A stretch of 61,610 nt of DNA, the filler included, from Nemertoderma westbladi (taxonomy: Eukaryota > Animalia > Xenacoelomorpha), in assembly GCA_032718475.1 (NCBI GenBank). It is 3 parts of 3 records of this genome, joined end to end, with 100 filler letters (N's around TTAATTAATTAA, not from the genome) between each part and the next. Parts side by side here need not be neighbours in the genome. Positions count along the whole stretch, not along the records: positions 1 to 30,109 come from JAUCBJ010002179.1; positions 30,210 to 51,673 come from JAUCBJ010000575.1; 1 more part is not named here. The stretch is one strand, 5' to 3'. Positions within the stretch are counted from its first letter, which is position 1. Every line of letters starts with the position of its first letter. Under the pieces are notes generated by a model. That model saw only the letters and a list, made by a program, of their open reading frames with translations, was not told where the DNA came from and did not search any database. A program made the position numbers and the translations under genes. Positions 25,901 to 37,135 of the stretch are shown in pieces.

Positions 25901-28900
25901 GTATTATTTTATTATTCGCATAATGCCATATTGTACACCGTCTGTGTCCATTCAGTTTTACTGAACACTGTCGCCATTTTTTTTGCTCATTTTCTCTTAA
26001 CGCACGCACGCATTATGCAAACACGTGGTGCTTTATGGAATAAAGCAACACGCATTAATATAAATTGAAATAATACATTCTGGAATACGGTAATAAGTTA
26101 TGTTTACATATCATTGATTACTTAGCAGCGTTCCGTCCTATAGGCCGCAACGCTGCAAAGTAGTACTTTGCAGCGTTACGAGTAATTCATCAGGACGTTG
26201 TTAAGTTGACATAATGTAGGAAAATATTTTTCAAACACAAGTCGTGTTACTAACATGAGCCCTCCTCGTGTTACTATCACGAGTCATCGTAATAGCTAAC
26301 ACGGGCTCTCATGATAGCTAACACGAGCCCTCATGATAGCATGAGCTGCAGGTATATTGATTAACACTTACTGATTTATTAAATGTGAATATGAATAACG
26401 AACTTGAAACATTCATGAGAGAACGAAGCTTGGACGAGTTCATTCCTCGAATGGTAACCGACAAGATAGATAGATATAGATTTATTAGACAATATAGATT
26501 TAATTAATTAATTATTGAATTACTATTTTGCTACCTGGTTTTGCTATTCTGCTACTGAGTGCTCATAATAGTAACACGAGGACTCGTGATAGTGACACGA
26601 GGAAGGCTAATGTTAGTAAGTAACAGGAGTGCTCGTGTTAGAAAAATTGTTTTCATGTCCCCTTCCAGGTTCCGTACTATCCATGTTATTTAAAGTAAAA
26701 TAAATATTATTTTTTATATAGCTAAACTTACATGGTTTAAGCCTAATAATTACCTGAAAATGATATTTTATACTCAGAATGAAGATTTGCAGAAGGAACT
26801 GAATAACACCACCTTGCGGGCTTCTGTTGAACTGAAAGCCAACTACGACTTTGAACTTTTAAAGAAAGAAACTGCTTCCTTCTTTGAACAACTTGATTCG
26901 GGTTCCCTTAGCAACCGACGACCACATAGAACACATAGGAGGAATAGTTTACCTATGTTAGTTTACATTGTCGCCATAGTTACTGAACGTCACGAACAGG
27001 TTTACCCTATTATTATCACCTAAGAAAGGGCTACTTTCCACAATTACCCCTGTTTTGGGTGAACCTAACCGATCAGTTTACTGGAATCATCTAATAGTGT
27101 CTGTCTGCATGCAACGTCTAGATCACTTTCTTTTTTTTTAGTTTGTACTGCTGTACATAAATGTACCGGTAAGTTTTTTACTTAAATTACTTCATTAATA
27201 ATTAAATTAAAAATTAAATTAAAAGTTATAATCATAGAATATTAATATTAGGCCTAGGAGTTAATAGTATGTCGGTCTGGCTGTCTGTTTGTCTGTGAAA
27301 TATATTATTTGATATTTTTTTTATTGAATTTCTTTATTGAGACTATTAATTTATATTATATTACTCTCTTTATTATATTAATGATTTATTTTCAGCGCGT
27401 ATATTGAAAAACCTTCAGAGGGCGAATCCAAAACATCCCTAGATGATTCACGCCCGCGATCCAAATCTATATGCAACGCTTTAGCGCAGCAGACAGCCAA
27501 TCGAAACTCAGGGATTCCGGTGTTAAACAGATTGGCTAATAGCAGTCCAGCAAGTCGGGCTGAGTCCCCTTTGGCCAGACGGTTTCACGCGCGAACGCCT
27601 AGCCCTACTCTGCCCAATAGGATCACATTTCACGCACCTACTGATGCGTCACCACAGCAACACCAATCTCAAGTACGTGATGATGACTCATCTTCGTTGC
27701 GGACCAATGAGAGTCTGGTAACCCATAGTTTAGTGGATATAAACATAGACGATACCGATATATCAAGCAGTGCCGAAACCCCTACTAGTGATGTCACTTC
27801 CGCCCATGGTGGAGGCGGCCAATCAGAAGATAGTAACGGCCTTACAGACTCCATGCGCTCCAGCGGACAGTCGGTTTCCATATCCGCCGACAGTCAGTCA
27901 TCTAATCAGATTTCTAGAATTCCTCGCGCAAAATCGGCTCAGGGTAGACGCAGCATGAAGGTGATAATTAATAATTTAATTACCTTAATTAATATTTATT
28001 ATTCAAAGCAGAAACAGTTATTTCGTGAAATTATGTCTATTTTGTCCACAAGAGAAATAATTGGCGTTTATAAACATATTGTATTTTTATTTTGATTGTA
28101 TTTTCTTTGTGATCCAATTTAATGTAGATGATATTTATCTCTGTAATAAATAAGTAATATATTTACTGTACGAAATTTAGGTTTCGAAAAGGAATAAAAG
28201 CTTTTATTTCTCCAAAATACTCCTATATTTCCTCACATGACTGACTATGTTTAGGGATACCTAAACATACTGTAGCACTACAGTATATGTATATATTTTA
28301 AATATTAATCAGTATTTCCCATGAAATTGGATTATTTTATTAATATCCGATCTTATTTATTCCAGGAGATATTGAGGTCATCAACTCCGCCCCCCAAAAA
28401 GATCATCAGCCAATCATCGTCGAATAGACTTCGCAACACTCTATCAGCTTCTAGCCAATCAATTAACAACAGACGACCTCCAGTTCCTGCACCCCGATCA
28501 AAACTCCTCAAAATCAAAATAAAAGATTCTGTCGCTACTACAGATATCGCAACAAATATTCAAGATCCGACGGTTGCCATCGTGACTGACGCTGCCGTAA
28601 ACCAATCAGTTAACGGGATTCACCCATCAGTACCAAAGTTAGTCAACAGAATTGAACAAACAATAAAAGAATCCAAGCAACCACCAACCAGCCAATCAGA
28701 TGCCACTGAACATAAAGCCCCTATTATACATCAACCAATAATAAACGGGCGATCCACCAAACAGCATCAGCCAATAGGAACTGCTCCAACATCTGACAAT
28801 GCGAAACTAATGTTAACTAGTAAATCCCGTGCGCAGGAAATTACTTCAGTAACATCATCCAGTGCCCCAACAACCACTACAGTCACGTCATCCACTTCAT

Positions 28901-30109
28901 CAGCAGTAACGTCATCCGTTTTATCGTTAAATACGACAGTTACTCCACCAATTGCGTCTGTAACTACGGCAGCATTCACTCCATCCATTATATCTTCAAC
29001 TACGACAGTTACTCCATCCATTACGTCTGCTAGTGCGACAATTACCGTGAGAGGTCAGTCTCCATCGACTAATATCGCGCGTGTTAGTTCGATATCTCGA
29101 CACAAGCGAGAGAATAGCCAATCCCCAAGAGAAAGTCGTGCTGCAAGCGCAGCTAGACAACCACAAATCGCTGGAAAAACTATAAGCGAACCTCATATAA
29201 AGTCATCTCTTCGAAAGGCCACCATCGGTCAGGTAACCGCTGATAACTCAACCAATCCGCAGCCTGAGCTAAGAAGCCAGGAGCGGACAGTTTCGAGGAC
29301 ACCTCAGATTGGACAGTCAGCGACAGAAACTGCAGTAGATAAACAAAACTCAAAGGCTACGAATTTAGATCCAACTACAACGACAGAGAGGGAAAATCAA
29401 ACAAATTCGGTAGACACTCCAATACCCGTAGAAATTAGACAGGTTGTATCAAAAGTGGCATTACCTAAAGCAATTCCGTCTGGAACGTCAGAACAACCCA
29501 CCTTCCTTTCCTCCCTCAAAAACATTGTCCATAGAGTTGTTTCTAGAAACGATTCTGTGGATGAAGGGATGGTCAAGGAAGGGCGAGTCTCAGATCCAAG
29601 AAACATTGCGGATTCATACACTCTATCGTCACAAAATTCGCCCACAAGCACACCGAATTCAAACACTAAACCACCGAAGTTGGAGCGAAGTAGAGTTGTT
29701 GTTGATTCGTCCACTAAACAACAAGAGATTGCACTGCAACCGGAAGACATACCGGCAGGTGAGAAAGAACAAAAATCGCAAATACCAACAAAAATGAAAC
29801 TATTTAAAAGCGATGACTTTCATAAATCGCAGACAAGCTTGCAGACTCATGTACCTAGAGATACTGGACAGAATGGGAGACCTGGCCACACGGAAATACC
29901 TCAACTGGTATCTAAGCTGAAACCCAGGGCGACTGGCCATTACGGTTCGTATGATTCGTTGGTAGTTGAAAAAACTAACCGCCTGGCTTCCGCTGGTCAG
30001 TCCAGGAAAATAGTAACGGATTCTCTGCGACCGGGTATAGGAGGTTCTTCTTTAGATACAAATAGGGAAATTGGTACGGATCTTACGGAACGAAAAACTC
30101 AAGATAAGG
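7965..30109 (+). CDS. Multi-exon gene: N-terminal coiled coil plus long S/T/P-rich disordered region, >1327 aa, truncated by the gap
   Basis: Hand-built GT-AG exons with consistent phases: 7965-8009, 11648-11836, 11970-12082, 21995-22096, 22217-22304, 22780-22923, 23066-23307 (alternative donor 23352), 23433-23670, 23904-24131, 25610-25714, 26778-26956, 27396-27960, 28366-30109. The joined frame is open (MSLRNLEEENRILKS-VVENYKATLSKLESQ...RRQLEAAY-DQMEDFQMKNDRL...DEIERLR-VMLLEK...). There is a CPHC motif in exon 9. Orthology not recognised. Confidence 0.75.
8711..8756. mobile_element. 46-bp minimal MITE with CATG termini and 7-bp TSD (P-superfamily-like)
   Basis: CATGGAATACTAAATATA...TATATTTAGTATTCCATG, flanked by the direct repeat GTCCATC (8704-8710 and 8757-8763). 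Confidence 0.6.
8830..9500. repeat. Non-autonomous element with dispersed internal repeats
   Basis: GTGTCATATTCGTGATCA(A/G)C-like blocks at ~9050, ~9215 and ~9405, an inverted copy at ~8880-8905, and TTTTTCGTGCC repeats. Ends not defined. Confidence 0.45.
10458..10654. mobile_element. Foldback MITE with 17-bp subterminal repeats
   Basis: Left GAATTCTTAGCCCGCGAGTATTCTTAGCTCGC. Right side has five copies of (C/T)CGCGGGCTAAGAATAC ending GAATTC, in inverted orientation. Confidence 0.6.
12475..12606 (+). mobile_element. 5'-truncated SINE with structured tail, inserted in the 37-bp array (copy 1)
   Basis: Starts GAGTACCAGTTAAATAACTGGGAGCAAATCTTGGGATA (homologous to 4650-4688) and ends in poly-T. 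Flanked by an apparent TSD TATAACAACA(T/C)CC. Confidence 0.75.
15320..15452 (+). mobile_element. 5'-truncated SINE with structured tail, inserted in the 37-bp array (copy 2)
   Basis: Near-identical to 12475-12606, with the same truncation point and the same position in the unit. One substitution (GGGAGCAAA vs GGGATCAAA) and one extra T. Confidence 0.75.
25041..25321 (-). mobile_element. tRNA-derived SINE (family B)
   Basis: Minus strand reads GGTTCCACCTTGGTGTAGTG (A box)...GGTTCGATCC (B box)...(TTTAC)n tail. A second copy lies at 37671-37934. Confidence 0.8.
25326..25425. repeat. (TGTTA)20 microsatellite
   Basis: Directly visible, next to the 5' end of SINE B. Confidence 0.97.
26210..26676. 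mobile_element. Probable non-autonomous DNA transposon with a TACGG-type end
   Basis: Inverted subterminal repeats CGTGTTACTA / TAGTAACACGAG. The right end ...CCAGGTTCCGTA resembles the terminus at 57604. The left end is degenerate. Confidence 0.4.
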
Positions 30110-30209
30110 NNNNNNNNNNNNNNNNNNNNNNNNNNNNNNNNNNNNNNNNNNNNTTAATTAATTAANNNNNNNNNNNNNNNNNNNNNNNNNNNNNNNNNNN
30201 NNNNNNNNN
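30110..30209. other. Assembly gap spacer (44 N + TTAATTAATTAA + 44 N)
   Basis: Six-frame-stop linker between N runs; identical structure at 51674-51773. Confidence 0.97.
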
Positions 30210-32271
30210 AAATGTCAGCTATTTTAAAGCATTTTTAAAGTTTACTATTTACCGGTATGTGGAAACGTCATCATAGGTTCCAATGTGTTCTGTTTTTTAG
30301 TTGAAAGGTGAAAGCCCGTGTGACCCGCGACCCGGGTCTAACAAATTTACAAAGCAAGTTACCTTACAGGCAAATAATGTTCAACGGATGTAACCAGAAA
30401 ATAGGTAAAAAACGAGGTTGCAGGTAATCCAGTTTGTCTCAATAGGCACAACTTCCGCCGCAAGAGACTCTACTTTATTTGTTAGAAATCTGTTCATTTA
30501 CTGGAATTTTATGCTGACTTTATATCATAATAATATAACGATTATAATAATTATACCACATAACCGTTCCTACTAATAAAATAAGAAAAAATAATACACA
30601 GAAAATACCTCTTGTCGTATATCATTCTACAGATTCTTTTAGAATATACCGAGTTTTGAGAAACTTTTTGCTAAAAAGCTAAAAAAGTCTCTAATTTGGC
30701 AACTTTTCGTGTCTTCACACTTCACACTTATATGTAATTTTGTGAAGTGAAAGCCATTAAAGCTAGTGAAGGCCATTAATATAGAAAATAAGTGCACATT
30801 TATTGGATAGATAGCGCTGTATGAAAATAAATATATAAATCTATAACTACCAGATGGAGGAAGACAAACATTTGCAATAAATATATATTGGAAAGACTAA
30901 ACCGAACCATGTCAAAATATTAAATAAATAAAAAATAAATTAACCTCACAAAACAAAAGAAACAATAATTTATATAAAAATAAACATTTAGAATCACCAG
31001 AAGTTGCAGAATAATTCCGTCAATAAATTTACCGAAACAATAATTAATAAGTGAGAGAAGCTGATGCTATTTATATCAATAAATATCATTGTTATAAAGT
31101 AGTACTTTTCGGTGTTATGTACCGAGCGAGCGTAGCGAGGGAAGTTTACACGTTTACATAAATAAACAAGGGTCTTTGACGCTGAATACAATGATGAAAG
31201 TAGTTACATTATGTCAACTTATCGCGGTTCGCTTGATTATTCACATTAATATTAGAATATTTAGGAATATTGATGATGTTTGATGTTCATATATATTTTA
31301 TGCAACTAATTGCATTTACTACAAAAACTGAACGTTAAACAATAAAACATTTACTAGCAAACAACGGCTATCATCCACGGTACACCGTCGTACAACAATA
31401 GAGAAAACATACTTCTTACGTTTTATTAGAAGTGATTACTTTGCAACATTCCGACCTCCAGGCCAAAGCTTAAAATGTTAGCGTTAAGAGAATGACACCA
31501 AAGCAATGATAAGTTGACATAACTTAACAAAAGTAATTGATGCCACATAAACTATTGTATAAAACAGATTCATTTGAAGTTGCATACTGAAATAATCCAT
31601 AATAAATACATAATTAGCTTAAAAGTCTTTAGCTTATTTCATCTAAATAGTTAATTAGTAGAGATAATATAATTAATAAGAGCCTCGGACAAAATGGTTG
31701 AACCACAATCCACCAGCGGGAGATAAAGTAAGCTCAGGGGGATAAAACTTAAAATCATTGGGAGATAAAACTATCTACGTTTTAAATTACATACGATCTG
31801 ATTAAGCACCTTCACAATGATACTATTGCACCAAACACATCAATAGCAATAAACTGCATAAGATATAAACCAATCCGAAGACACTAGCTAGTATTTAAAA
31901 ATTAAAATAGTAACATTTATAAAAATAAAATAGTTAGATAGATATCCGTTACCGACACTTATTAATTGATACAATATAGACCGGGGGGTATAATAACATA
32001 TGATGCAAATAAGAACTGATTAGAATTCTCGTAAAAATGAAACTTTAACCTGTGCTAATTACTCTCGTTTATTGTTTTGGTTAGAATATCATGCCAGATT
32101 GCCATATATAATATAATATTGCCAGATAAATAAAAAAATGTAAATTCGCTTGGGAACTTTCTACCTATAATTCGGTTTGTTTCAATATTCCCTCCAATTA
32201 ATAGTCCTCACAAGGATAAAGAAATAATAATAATGAAAATAATTTGCTACTAAACGGGTTCCCCTTTCGGA

Positions 32272-35200
32272 TCATATAAAGTACATCGGTTCGAGATTGT
32301 CGTTTACCGTAATATCTCGTTGGATGCGGTCCAGATTCTCCGGCGATATGGAACTAGGGGAGGGGGAACGACTGTCATCCAGCCGACAATCGGCGCGGCC
32401 CTTACCGCCCAGTACGTGGGCGCGCGCCCGGAAGGCCACGAGATGGGCGTAGTAGGCGGGAGTCGGTATGGACACGGAATTACAGCAGCGCGCGTAAACG
32501 TGGCACATGTAGTAGCTGAGCTGCTGGAGCGTGTCCGGGCTCCAGCCGGGGTCGTTGGCCAGCACGCAGTAATGGCAGGGCCGGGTGGTGCCCTGGAGGC
32601 CCTCGTGGGAGGCCAGGAAGAAGTCGTGTTCGACGGGCATCGTGATATCTCGGTCCACTGCGGTCCCTGGGGGGATGTTGTGCCCGCGACCGACAGTGTT
32701 CCTATGGTCCGTGGGGAAGAAGCGTGTGTGGTGTCGCTTCTGTACAACCATGTGGACCACGTTGGGTCGGTAGTTTGGTCTAACATCCAAACACCCGCGA
32801 CGTATATCCTCAACCTCGCCTGTAAGAACTTCCTCCAACTGACTTTCAGAAACTCCATCACGATAAAAAACGATAGTTTGGGGCCAAATCTTCAGTTTGT
32901 TATAATAGCGAAATCGATTTATAAGAACTTTAACAGCTTCCCGAATACCGACTATAATCTCTTGAACTCTCTTCTTGTCTGACTGACGATTCTGCTGAGC
33001 CTGAACTACCGCCGTGTACCGCGTCCCTTCCAAGTCCAGACTTCCGACTATCGCCGCAATCGATGGCTTAATATCGCGATCCTGGGGGACCGGATGAGTG
33101 ACGTCAGCGCCCATATAGAGGACCACCTGCTTTCCCCCACCGGAAGTGTTCAGATAGACCGGTAGGAACTCAACTCTAGTGTTGACTCCACCTGTTTTCC
33201 CATTTATCTTTAGTAAGAGGTTATCTATAGTTTGTAAATCGCATTTCAAAACGGTTTTCATCCTAAGGCACTGCGTTAAATATCCCATCTTAACATCTCC
33301 GATACTTTTAACTTTGTTATAACCATTAGACTCCCAATCAGGTAGTAAAACGATGACAAACTGTTTTTTCTGCCTCATAAATAACCTCATCGCTTCTTCT
33401 ATTGCGAAACTGTCCGTCTGTAGAAACAATACATCTTCTCGCTTTAACGCATTTAGTTTCAGACCACTCCGGCAACCGTGTTTACATAGAATGTTACAGA
33501 AATCCCGTATTTCCCTTTCGTTTCGTCTGTGACCCCCGAAGCCAATAACCCCGAATGAGACGCCCCCATCAACGTTATTGCACTCGTAGAACGTGTTGGC
33601 CCGCATGTCCCATTTTCCGTTCTTGGGGACTGGTTTACCAACACCGCACTGCAGCGTCGGCGGGGGCAACACCCGTCCCTCTACTGTCGTCATTGTCGTA
33701 TGGATACGGATTCCGAAACGCGACAAATACTTCTGATGCCTCGCAGTACAGGCCTGTCGGAGGATTCGGTCTATCTCTTGCTTCCGAGTGGCTGGCGGCA
33801 CAGCGGCTATCGTCAATAAGTCGAGTGTATTCTTGCCAGTCAGCTTTTTCTTAAAAGATTGCCCCCTATGAATGTTACAAAGCTCTAACGGAACATAAGA
33901 AGATTTCTGCATGGAACCAACATTGATTAAAGGCAGTGCCCCGAATTGTAATGTAATCGAGAACTTTTTACTGAAATAATCCATCACAGAAACTTCTCCG
34001 CCCAATTCATCGCAAATAAAACATTCGTCCTTTGCAGATTTTTTGCTGAAACTTCGAATCTTTCTAGTAAGTCCGTTGTAAATAGTTTTAATTTTTAAAC
34101 CATTTAGTTGTTTACTTAACATTGTGATATTATTCCATATCAGCGTCAATGCTCGATTGTCTCGATATTTCCACGCGTCAATCAATCTAGGGGCGGAATC
34201 TTGGGGTTTTACTTTGCAGTGCTCAGCTATTAAATGTAGTAATGGTTGCGGTTTATAGAAAATGCACATATCTCGGTCGGCGTTCAAGGAAACCCACCCT
34301 TGAGCGGGTCTAAAAGACGGCACCCACCCATGCCACACATCTAGGTTAGCACTCAACTTCTGCGGTGTGTCAGAAAAATAAATCCCCCTACCGACCGGAG
34401 CCACCATTAATTTCGAATCAGCCAAGCGAATTTGGGAAAACTTGAAGATTATATCGAGCGCTGAAAAGGAGGAATGCGGTTTTTCCTTAAGTCTTGAACT
34501 TCGAAATCGAAGACTTGGGGACACATAGGCCTTGACATCATTGAAGTTTATTTCGCCAACTTTCAAGATCTTAAGATGAAGGGACCTCTCTCGACCTTCA
34601 TATTCCAAGGGGTCTAAGTCAATTTCCTTGTTAGGTACTTGTATTGGCGTAAACATAAACTTTCCACCATCGAATGCTGGATGAAATCTGAAAATACTAA
34701 TAAATTTATTCACCACACTAGAGAGAGCGAATCGGCACAGATCGCGGTTCTGAATGCTCGACCCATTATTCTTACCGGTACCTTTATCACGAAGGTCAGT
34801 TATTGTTATGTCATATTGATATATCAATGGGGCGTTGTCAAGAAAAGTCACCTTATAGTGATTGGCATGCAATAGTATTTTTTGACCAGCCTCACCGTAA
34901 ACACCGTCCCTATTAGGTAACTTAATGAGACTTTTCATGGACGCTCTGGCATCAATACCCTTATTCGAAGATAAAATTCGATGTCCTTCAAATTGCTGAA
35001 TGCGACCTTCCGCATTGTATGCTAGAAGTTTGTCGCCGCTACTGATACCTACCTCGGCAGGTAAAACTGGTAGGCCTAACAGTGTCCTTCGTTGTGCACC
35101 AATCTCAGGTGCATCGACGCCGTCAAACTGCAGTTTGCGACGCTGCATCCTATTAAGTGGAGCAGCTGGGGTTCCCTGAATTTCCTTTTCAAGATAATTT

Positions 35201-35523
35201 ACAGTATCAGAACCAGGATCCACATGTCCAGCACCCTTATCACGCACTTGTGGCGCTGCATCAACATGATTCTGATCGGCTCTAGGCTGAATCGAGGCAC
35301 GTTTTCCACTGACTGCAACACCATCGCAAACATTAACGGTCCCTGTTTTAGATGTTCCTGCATCACCATAAGCAGATGGAATGTCTAGTAATGGCTTACC
35401 GGTAACGGATCCATTTACTTGGGGCTTTGTATAAATATGATGTTGGGGCTGCAAATAATTCGAATTATTTTTCTCTGTAATTGGTTTATTTACCGATAGT
35501 TTACGGTTTTTGTTCCGTGGCAT
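32272..35523 (-). CDS. AGO: Argonaute (eukaryotic AGO clade), intronless CDS, 1083 aa, predicted slicer
   Basis: ArgoN (PNRDGVYGEAGQKILLHANHY). PAZ (VSVMDYFSKKFSITLQFGALPLINVG...YVPLELC). MID 5'-phosphate pocket (YNKVK...TQC...NLLLKINGKTGG). PIWI tetrad GADVTH / VQEII / YRDGVS / YYAHLVA, plus VVQKRHHTRFFP, GTTRP and C-terminal MYFI. Confidence 0.97.
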   Translation of the reverse strand: MPRNKNRKLSVNKPITEKNNSNYLQPQHHIYTKPQVNGSVTGKPLLDIPSAYGDAGTSKTGTVNVCDGVAVSGKRASIQPRADQNHVDAAPQVRDKGAGHVDPGSDTVNYLEKEIQGTPAAPLNRMQRRKLQFDGVDAPEIGAQRRTLLGLPVLPAEVGISSGDKLLAYNAEGRIQQFEGHRILSSNKGIDARASMKSLIKLPNRDGVYGEAGQKILLHANHYKVTFLDNAPLIYQYDITITDLRDKGTGKNNGSSIQNRDLCRFALSSVVNKFISIFRFHPAFDGGKFMFTPIQVPNKEIDLDPLEYEGRERSLHLKILKVGEINFNDVKAYVSPSLRFRSSRLKEKPHSSFSALDIIFKFSQIRLADSKLMVAPVGRGIYFSDTPQKLSANLDVWHGWVPSFRPAQGWVSLNADRDMCIFYKPQPLLHLIAEHCKVKPQDSAPRLIDAWKYRDNRALTLIWNNITMLSKQLNGLKIKTIYNGLTRKIRSFSKKSAKDECFICDELGGEVSVMDYFSKKFSITLQFGALPLINVGSMQKSSYVPLELCNIHRGQSFKKKLTGKNTLDLLTIAAVPPATRKQEIDRILRQACTARHQKYLSRFGIRIHTTMTTVEGRVLPPPTLQCGVGKPVPKNGKWDMRANTFYECNNVDGGVSFGVIGFGGHRRNEREIRDFCNILCKHGCRSGLKLNALKREDVLFLQTDSFAIEEAMRLFMRQKKQFVIVLLPDWESNGYNKVKSIGDVKMGYLTQCLRMKTVLKCDLQTIDNLLLKINGKTGGVNTRVEFLPVYLNTSGGGKQVVLYMGADVTHPVPQDRDIKPSIAAIVGSLDLEGTRYTAVVQAQQNRQSDKKRVQEIIVGIREAVKVLINRFRYYNKLKIWPQTIVFYRDGVSESQLEEVLTGEVEDIRRGCLDVRPNYRPNVVHMVVQKRHHTRFFPTDHRNTVGRGHNIPPGTAVDRDITMPVEHDFFLASHEGLQGTTRPCHYCVLANDPGWSPDTLQQLSYYMCHVYARCCNSVSIPTPAYYAHLVAFRARAHVLGGKGRADCRLDDSRSPSPSSISPENLDRIQRDITVNDNLEPMYFI

Positions 35524-36233
35524 AGCTTTAGCGTGTTCAATGCGATTGTATATTTATTTAAGCTTTAATTGCAAACACTGGCGTTTTTTTAATAATACCA
35601 TATTTTCCAAACATTCATTAATTGACTAGAAGATTGGAAGGAGCTATAAGTACACCATTCAGCCATTAGGTTAGACGGTACCGGTATCAAGGCTTGGTCA
35701 GTCGGTAGGTATACATTTAGAATTCAATTATTTGATATTAATCAGATAATATAATCAATTTTTATTATTGAAATATGAAGGTAAATTAGTCAGTTAGTTG
35801 GTCTGCATTATGCTGATTGATAATCTGATTGACATAAAATCTGAAAATTTTGAGAACTATAGACGAATCGCTGCGCCTACAGTTCAGTAGTCTGGTAGTT
35901 GCTGTATAAATGTATGTACCGGTACCATAATACTGTAATATCCTGCATGCTGGCTGATATCTGGATATGTCAGTACTGCAGTATATAACAGTATAATGCT
36001 GTAATGTACCGGTAACATCTGAACATTGATTAGGTAGGCCTACTGAATTAATAGAAATTAACAGATTAACAAGGATCTGAATGTCTGAAGATATTTGTTT
36101 GTTTGCTTCCATGATGTTGTCCAAGAAACAGGCCTATTCTCCTATGCTGCTTTCGGCCTAGCAAAGACAAACACAACATACAGCTGTCAGCTGTCGTAGT
36201 ACCAGAGTACTCAGGCAGTCAGGTACAGGTACT

Positions 36234-36766
36234 GGTGTCCCAGGCGAATCTGCCAGTCTGAGATAACTCCCTATTGAAATTAACTCCCAGGTGAACCACT
36301 GAGAACACTCCTCACAGCCTCAGTCGTCTCAGCCTAGCTGCCTAGGCTGGGGACACTCCCCGCAGTTATCTCAGCCTAGACTGAGAACACCTCCTTACAC
36401 CTCAAATGCCTTAGGCTGAGATGACTCCCCCTTAGGCTGAGATGACTCCCCCTTCAGCCCTTAGGCTGAGATGACTCCCCTAATTGAGTTATAGTTCATA
36501 TTTCGTAATTGCAAGGGTTTTCGTATTGCAAAAATAAGACTGTAACTTCGGATGTTATTGAGTTACCGGTATCGTTTATTGTTTTGGTTAGAAAAGCCAG
36601 CCGCTGCCACTGTCAGACTGTCACTGTAATCTGCTCATTTCCGTTAATTAAGAAATCTAGGGAGAAAACTGGGGGTATTGATTGGCAGATTGGGGAGTGT
36701 TCTCAGCCTAGGCTGAGAAGACTGGGGGTGGGGAGTAGTTCTGTAGTTATCTCAGCCTGTTACACC
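36234..36766. mobile_element. Non-autonomous DNA transposon with GGCTGAGA(T/A)NACTCCCC subterminal repeats
   Basis: Ends GGTGTCCCAGGC and GCCTGTTACACC are imperfect inverted repeats. Many CTCAGCCTAGGCTGAG motifs occur in both orientations. Confidence 0.55.
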
Positions 36767-37135
36767 TGCAGACCTGCCCAGACTGGAATCCATACACTTT
36801 ATGCCGGATTAAACCGGCGCACTTTACAATAAAAGCGCACCAATTTGGCTAGCAAACGGCGCTCCCAAAAATAAAAACCGGCGCCGATTTGTTGGTTTCT
36901 GGGTTTAACAATTACGGAAGTGCCTCAAAAATTACATTACGTCTGCCAATAGACCATAGGCCTAGACTGCTAGAGACAGTAAGGTGGCTTATATTTAGTT
37001 AAGGCTTTAATAAATTTTTTTGTAATACTGTAGGTATCAGGCCTATTTTTAAAAAAATTCTCGTTCGCCTTTCTTTATTCTGTTAGTCTGTATCTCTGTT
37101 GTCTGGCAGTCGATGAGAAGTCAACAATTGGATTC

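Noticed and set aside
26120-26200. Hammerhead ribozyme on the minus strand (CTGATGA next to a hairpin)
   Set aside because: No GAAA after a stem II and no stem I/III closure.
30154-30165. TTAATTAATTAA as a biological motif or as the stop of the 614-aa ORF
   Set aside because: Artificial linker centred in a 100-bp gap and repeated at 51718-51729.
32304-32982. Overlapping and antisense ORFs in the AGO 3' end (also 44611-45435 in FHIP2)
   Set aside because: Expected by-product of high GC3 in the real CDS; no recognisable domains.
32272-35523. Prokaryotic Argonaute system or horizontal transfer
   Set aside because: Motifs (GADVTHP, QKRHHTR, PAYYAHLVAFRAR, MYF) are eukaryotic AGO-clade, and there are no operon-like partner genes.
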